A stretch of DNA of 64,000 bases from Dicyema japonicum. Its lineage: Eukaryota; Animalia; Dicyemida. Where the stretch lies: positions 417,837 to 481,836 of the forward strand of contig RDEW01000010.1 of the NCBI GenBank assembly GCA_011109175.1. The letters are read 5' to 3'. The notes below the pieces were generated by a model. That model had not been told where the DNA came from. It did not search any database and was given only the letters and a program-made list of their open reading frames with translations. The position numbers and the translations under genes were made by a program. This document shows, in pieces, positions 62,290 to 64,000 of this stretch (positions are counted from its first letter, which is position 1; each line of letters opens with the position of its first letter).

Positions 62290-62510
62290 GATTCACTCTG
62301 ATGTAGGTTACAGGAGCGAATGTCTCGGTGCAAGTGACGTCTCAGACAAGCGGATTCGCGGCTTCAAAGAGGAAGGTTGTCATCCCACCGGGTCGTTTCT
62401 CGTCACGTTACGAAGGCCGACTGGTTCGAGCATAGAAAGGTGTCCGGCAGCCTCCAAAGCTCGTCTAACGATTTCATTCAAAACCATGTGTCTGGGAGAT
62501 ATGCCCAAAC
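62290..62510 (-). mobile_element. CRE-like relic (RLE region)
   Basis: PRHMVLNEIVRRALEAAG..LEPVGL..KRPGG. Confidence 0.75.
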
Positions 62511-63139
62511 TCGAAACTAGACCTGATACTATTCAAGACACTAGGACTTCATGTCTAACACAATCAAACTTTTAAAGACGATCGGGTACATTATCTTTGA
62601 TTTTTGAGACTCATTTCTTGGATTGTCCGGTTTTAAGACAATCCAAATTATAAGACTTCCCAGTTTTCTGGGACATATCCATATCGTTTACTTGCATCAA
62701 ATAGACTTTAGAGAAACTCAATTAGACTTTTTGGTCGCTTTTAAACAGTTTCCTCCTCACTTGTTTATAACTGAATACGTTGCTCCTGTACAGGAATTGG
62801 GCATTTCCTGAGTAGAGTGGGTCCGATAACGCCACTAGAAGGAAGAGAAATCTTCAATCAAGTATACACGTGGCACGACGCGGTACAAATATTATTATAA
62901 GCACTCCCGAGAAGTCAAAAAGTTGATCAAGCTTCTCTTGTGTCACGTTCATAACAATTTCGTTAATTATCCTCTTCAAAGTAGTTTCTTGCTTTTTCTT
63001 TTAAGTAGTCAAGGTCTTCTGCTTCTTTAAGTTTCTTCAATATTTTTCAGTTCCTGGTTCAAAATAGATGGTAGTGTAGCTCTTGTGCGTAAAAACATAA
63101 TAGCTATAAATTCACTCATGCAGCATTCGAAACAGTCCT

Positions 63140-64000
63140 TCAAACCAACTTTTTAACCTCCTCGATCGTAAGACAGTTTCCTTAGCTCGTCCAGGTCGTC
63201 TCCACTTCTTAGACTTTTCTCACAAGCTTTAGATCTCCATCAAGTGTTTCTGGAAGTGTAGTACGCCGCCGTCCACGGAAACAAAGTCTCTGTCTCATGT
63301 AGTAATCCTCCATTGCTATGTTGGCTGGAGCACCCAAGTCCATTCTTTAGATATGTCCAAATAGCCTCCAACGCATATCAACAATTTCGAGACTCAGTGG
63401 ACACGTACACATCTCATGTATAGTGATTCATTGTTTATTCTTGCTGGCCAGTTCAGATATAAGTTTCCTTCGATGAATAGAATCTAGTTTAAGTTGTTCA
63501 GTTTTGGACGTCCCCCAAGGACGATGAATTGTATATTAGGATCGGCTTGACAAAGGCTTCATGCAATCTCAAACGAAGTGATGTGCATGTTGATTGCTAC
63601 CCAAGCGAGGGCCTTCCTTTTGGCAACATCTTGGCTGTCTCCAAGTAAAGAGCCGATCCACTCTCAAACGATAGCCAATCCACTCTTTCTTCAATTGTTC
63701 ATCGCTACCCAAGCGAGGGCCTTTCTTCTGGCAATATCTTGGTTGTCTCAAAGTAAAGAGCCAAATTTGTTCGTTTTATGCCACATTTCACTTGATCTGC
63801 TTTCCATTCTCCTGATTTCCACAATGTCGGTTTTTGTTCATTCTAAGGAACCATCTGTTCAGCTCAGCAGTGCCACCTCGAGGAGTCGAAGTAGGCCGAT
63901 TTGTCTTCTGACGCAAAGTCGACGTCGTCCGCGTAAGCAATTTCGACGATGTTGCCATCTTAGAACTTCCGAAGGTCTCGTAATGCCTTTTCCAGATATA
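63140..64000 (-). mobile_element. RTE LINE 3' fragment (runs off the window)
   Basis: YLEKALRDLR, AYADDVDF, RWRLFGHI, FRGRRRTTLP. Confidence 0.88.

Noticed and set aside
1-64000. Alternative nuclear genetic code (ciliate-like stop reassignment) or telomeric repeat arrays
   Set aside because: In-frame stops in host genes are explained by tiny introns or indels, genes end in TAA, TAG or TGA, and no tandem TTAGGG-like array is visible.

Overview
AT-rich animal nuclear DNA with ultra-short spliceosomal introns (mostly 21-31 nt). Tiny introns, a metazoan FERM-PTP gene and a ciliary dynein together point to a dicyemid-like organism; this is inference, not a database match. By manual splicing I reconstruct six host protein genes: a TFAM-like multi-HMG protein (-), a PTPN14/21-like FERM-PTP (+), a synaptophysin-family MARVEL protein (+), a ~12.4-kb DNHD1-like dynein heavy chain with a degenerate AAA1 (+), a disrupted NPC2/ML-domain gene (-) and a minimal ~570-aa telomerase reverse transcriptase lacking TEN and IFD/TRAP (+). 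There is also an intronless tRNA-Tyr(GTA). Most of the remaining ~70% is transposon-derived: one intact RTE LINE, many RTE, CRE-like and Jockey/I-group relics, two tRNA-derived SINE families sharing a core, a Tigger/pogo element, hAT elements and MITEs with TSDs, and a FLYWCH-MULE. Scattered 1-nt frameshifts in homopolymer runs suggest assembly indel errors, so single-base claims need read or cDNA confirmation. Protein family calls come from motif recognition from memory, not from searches.
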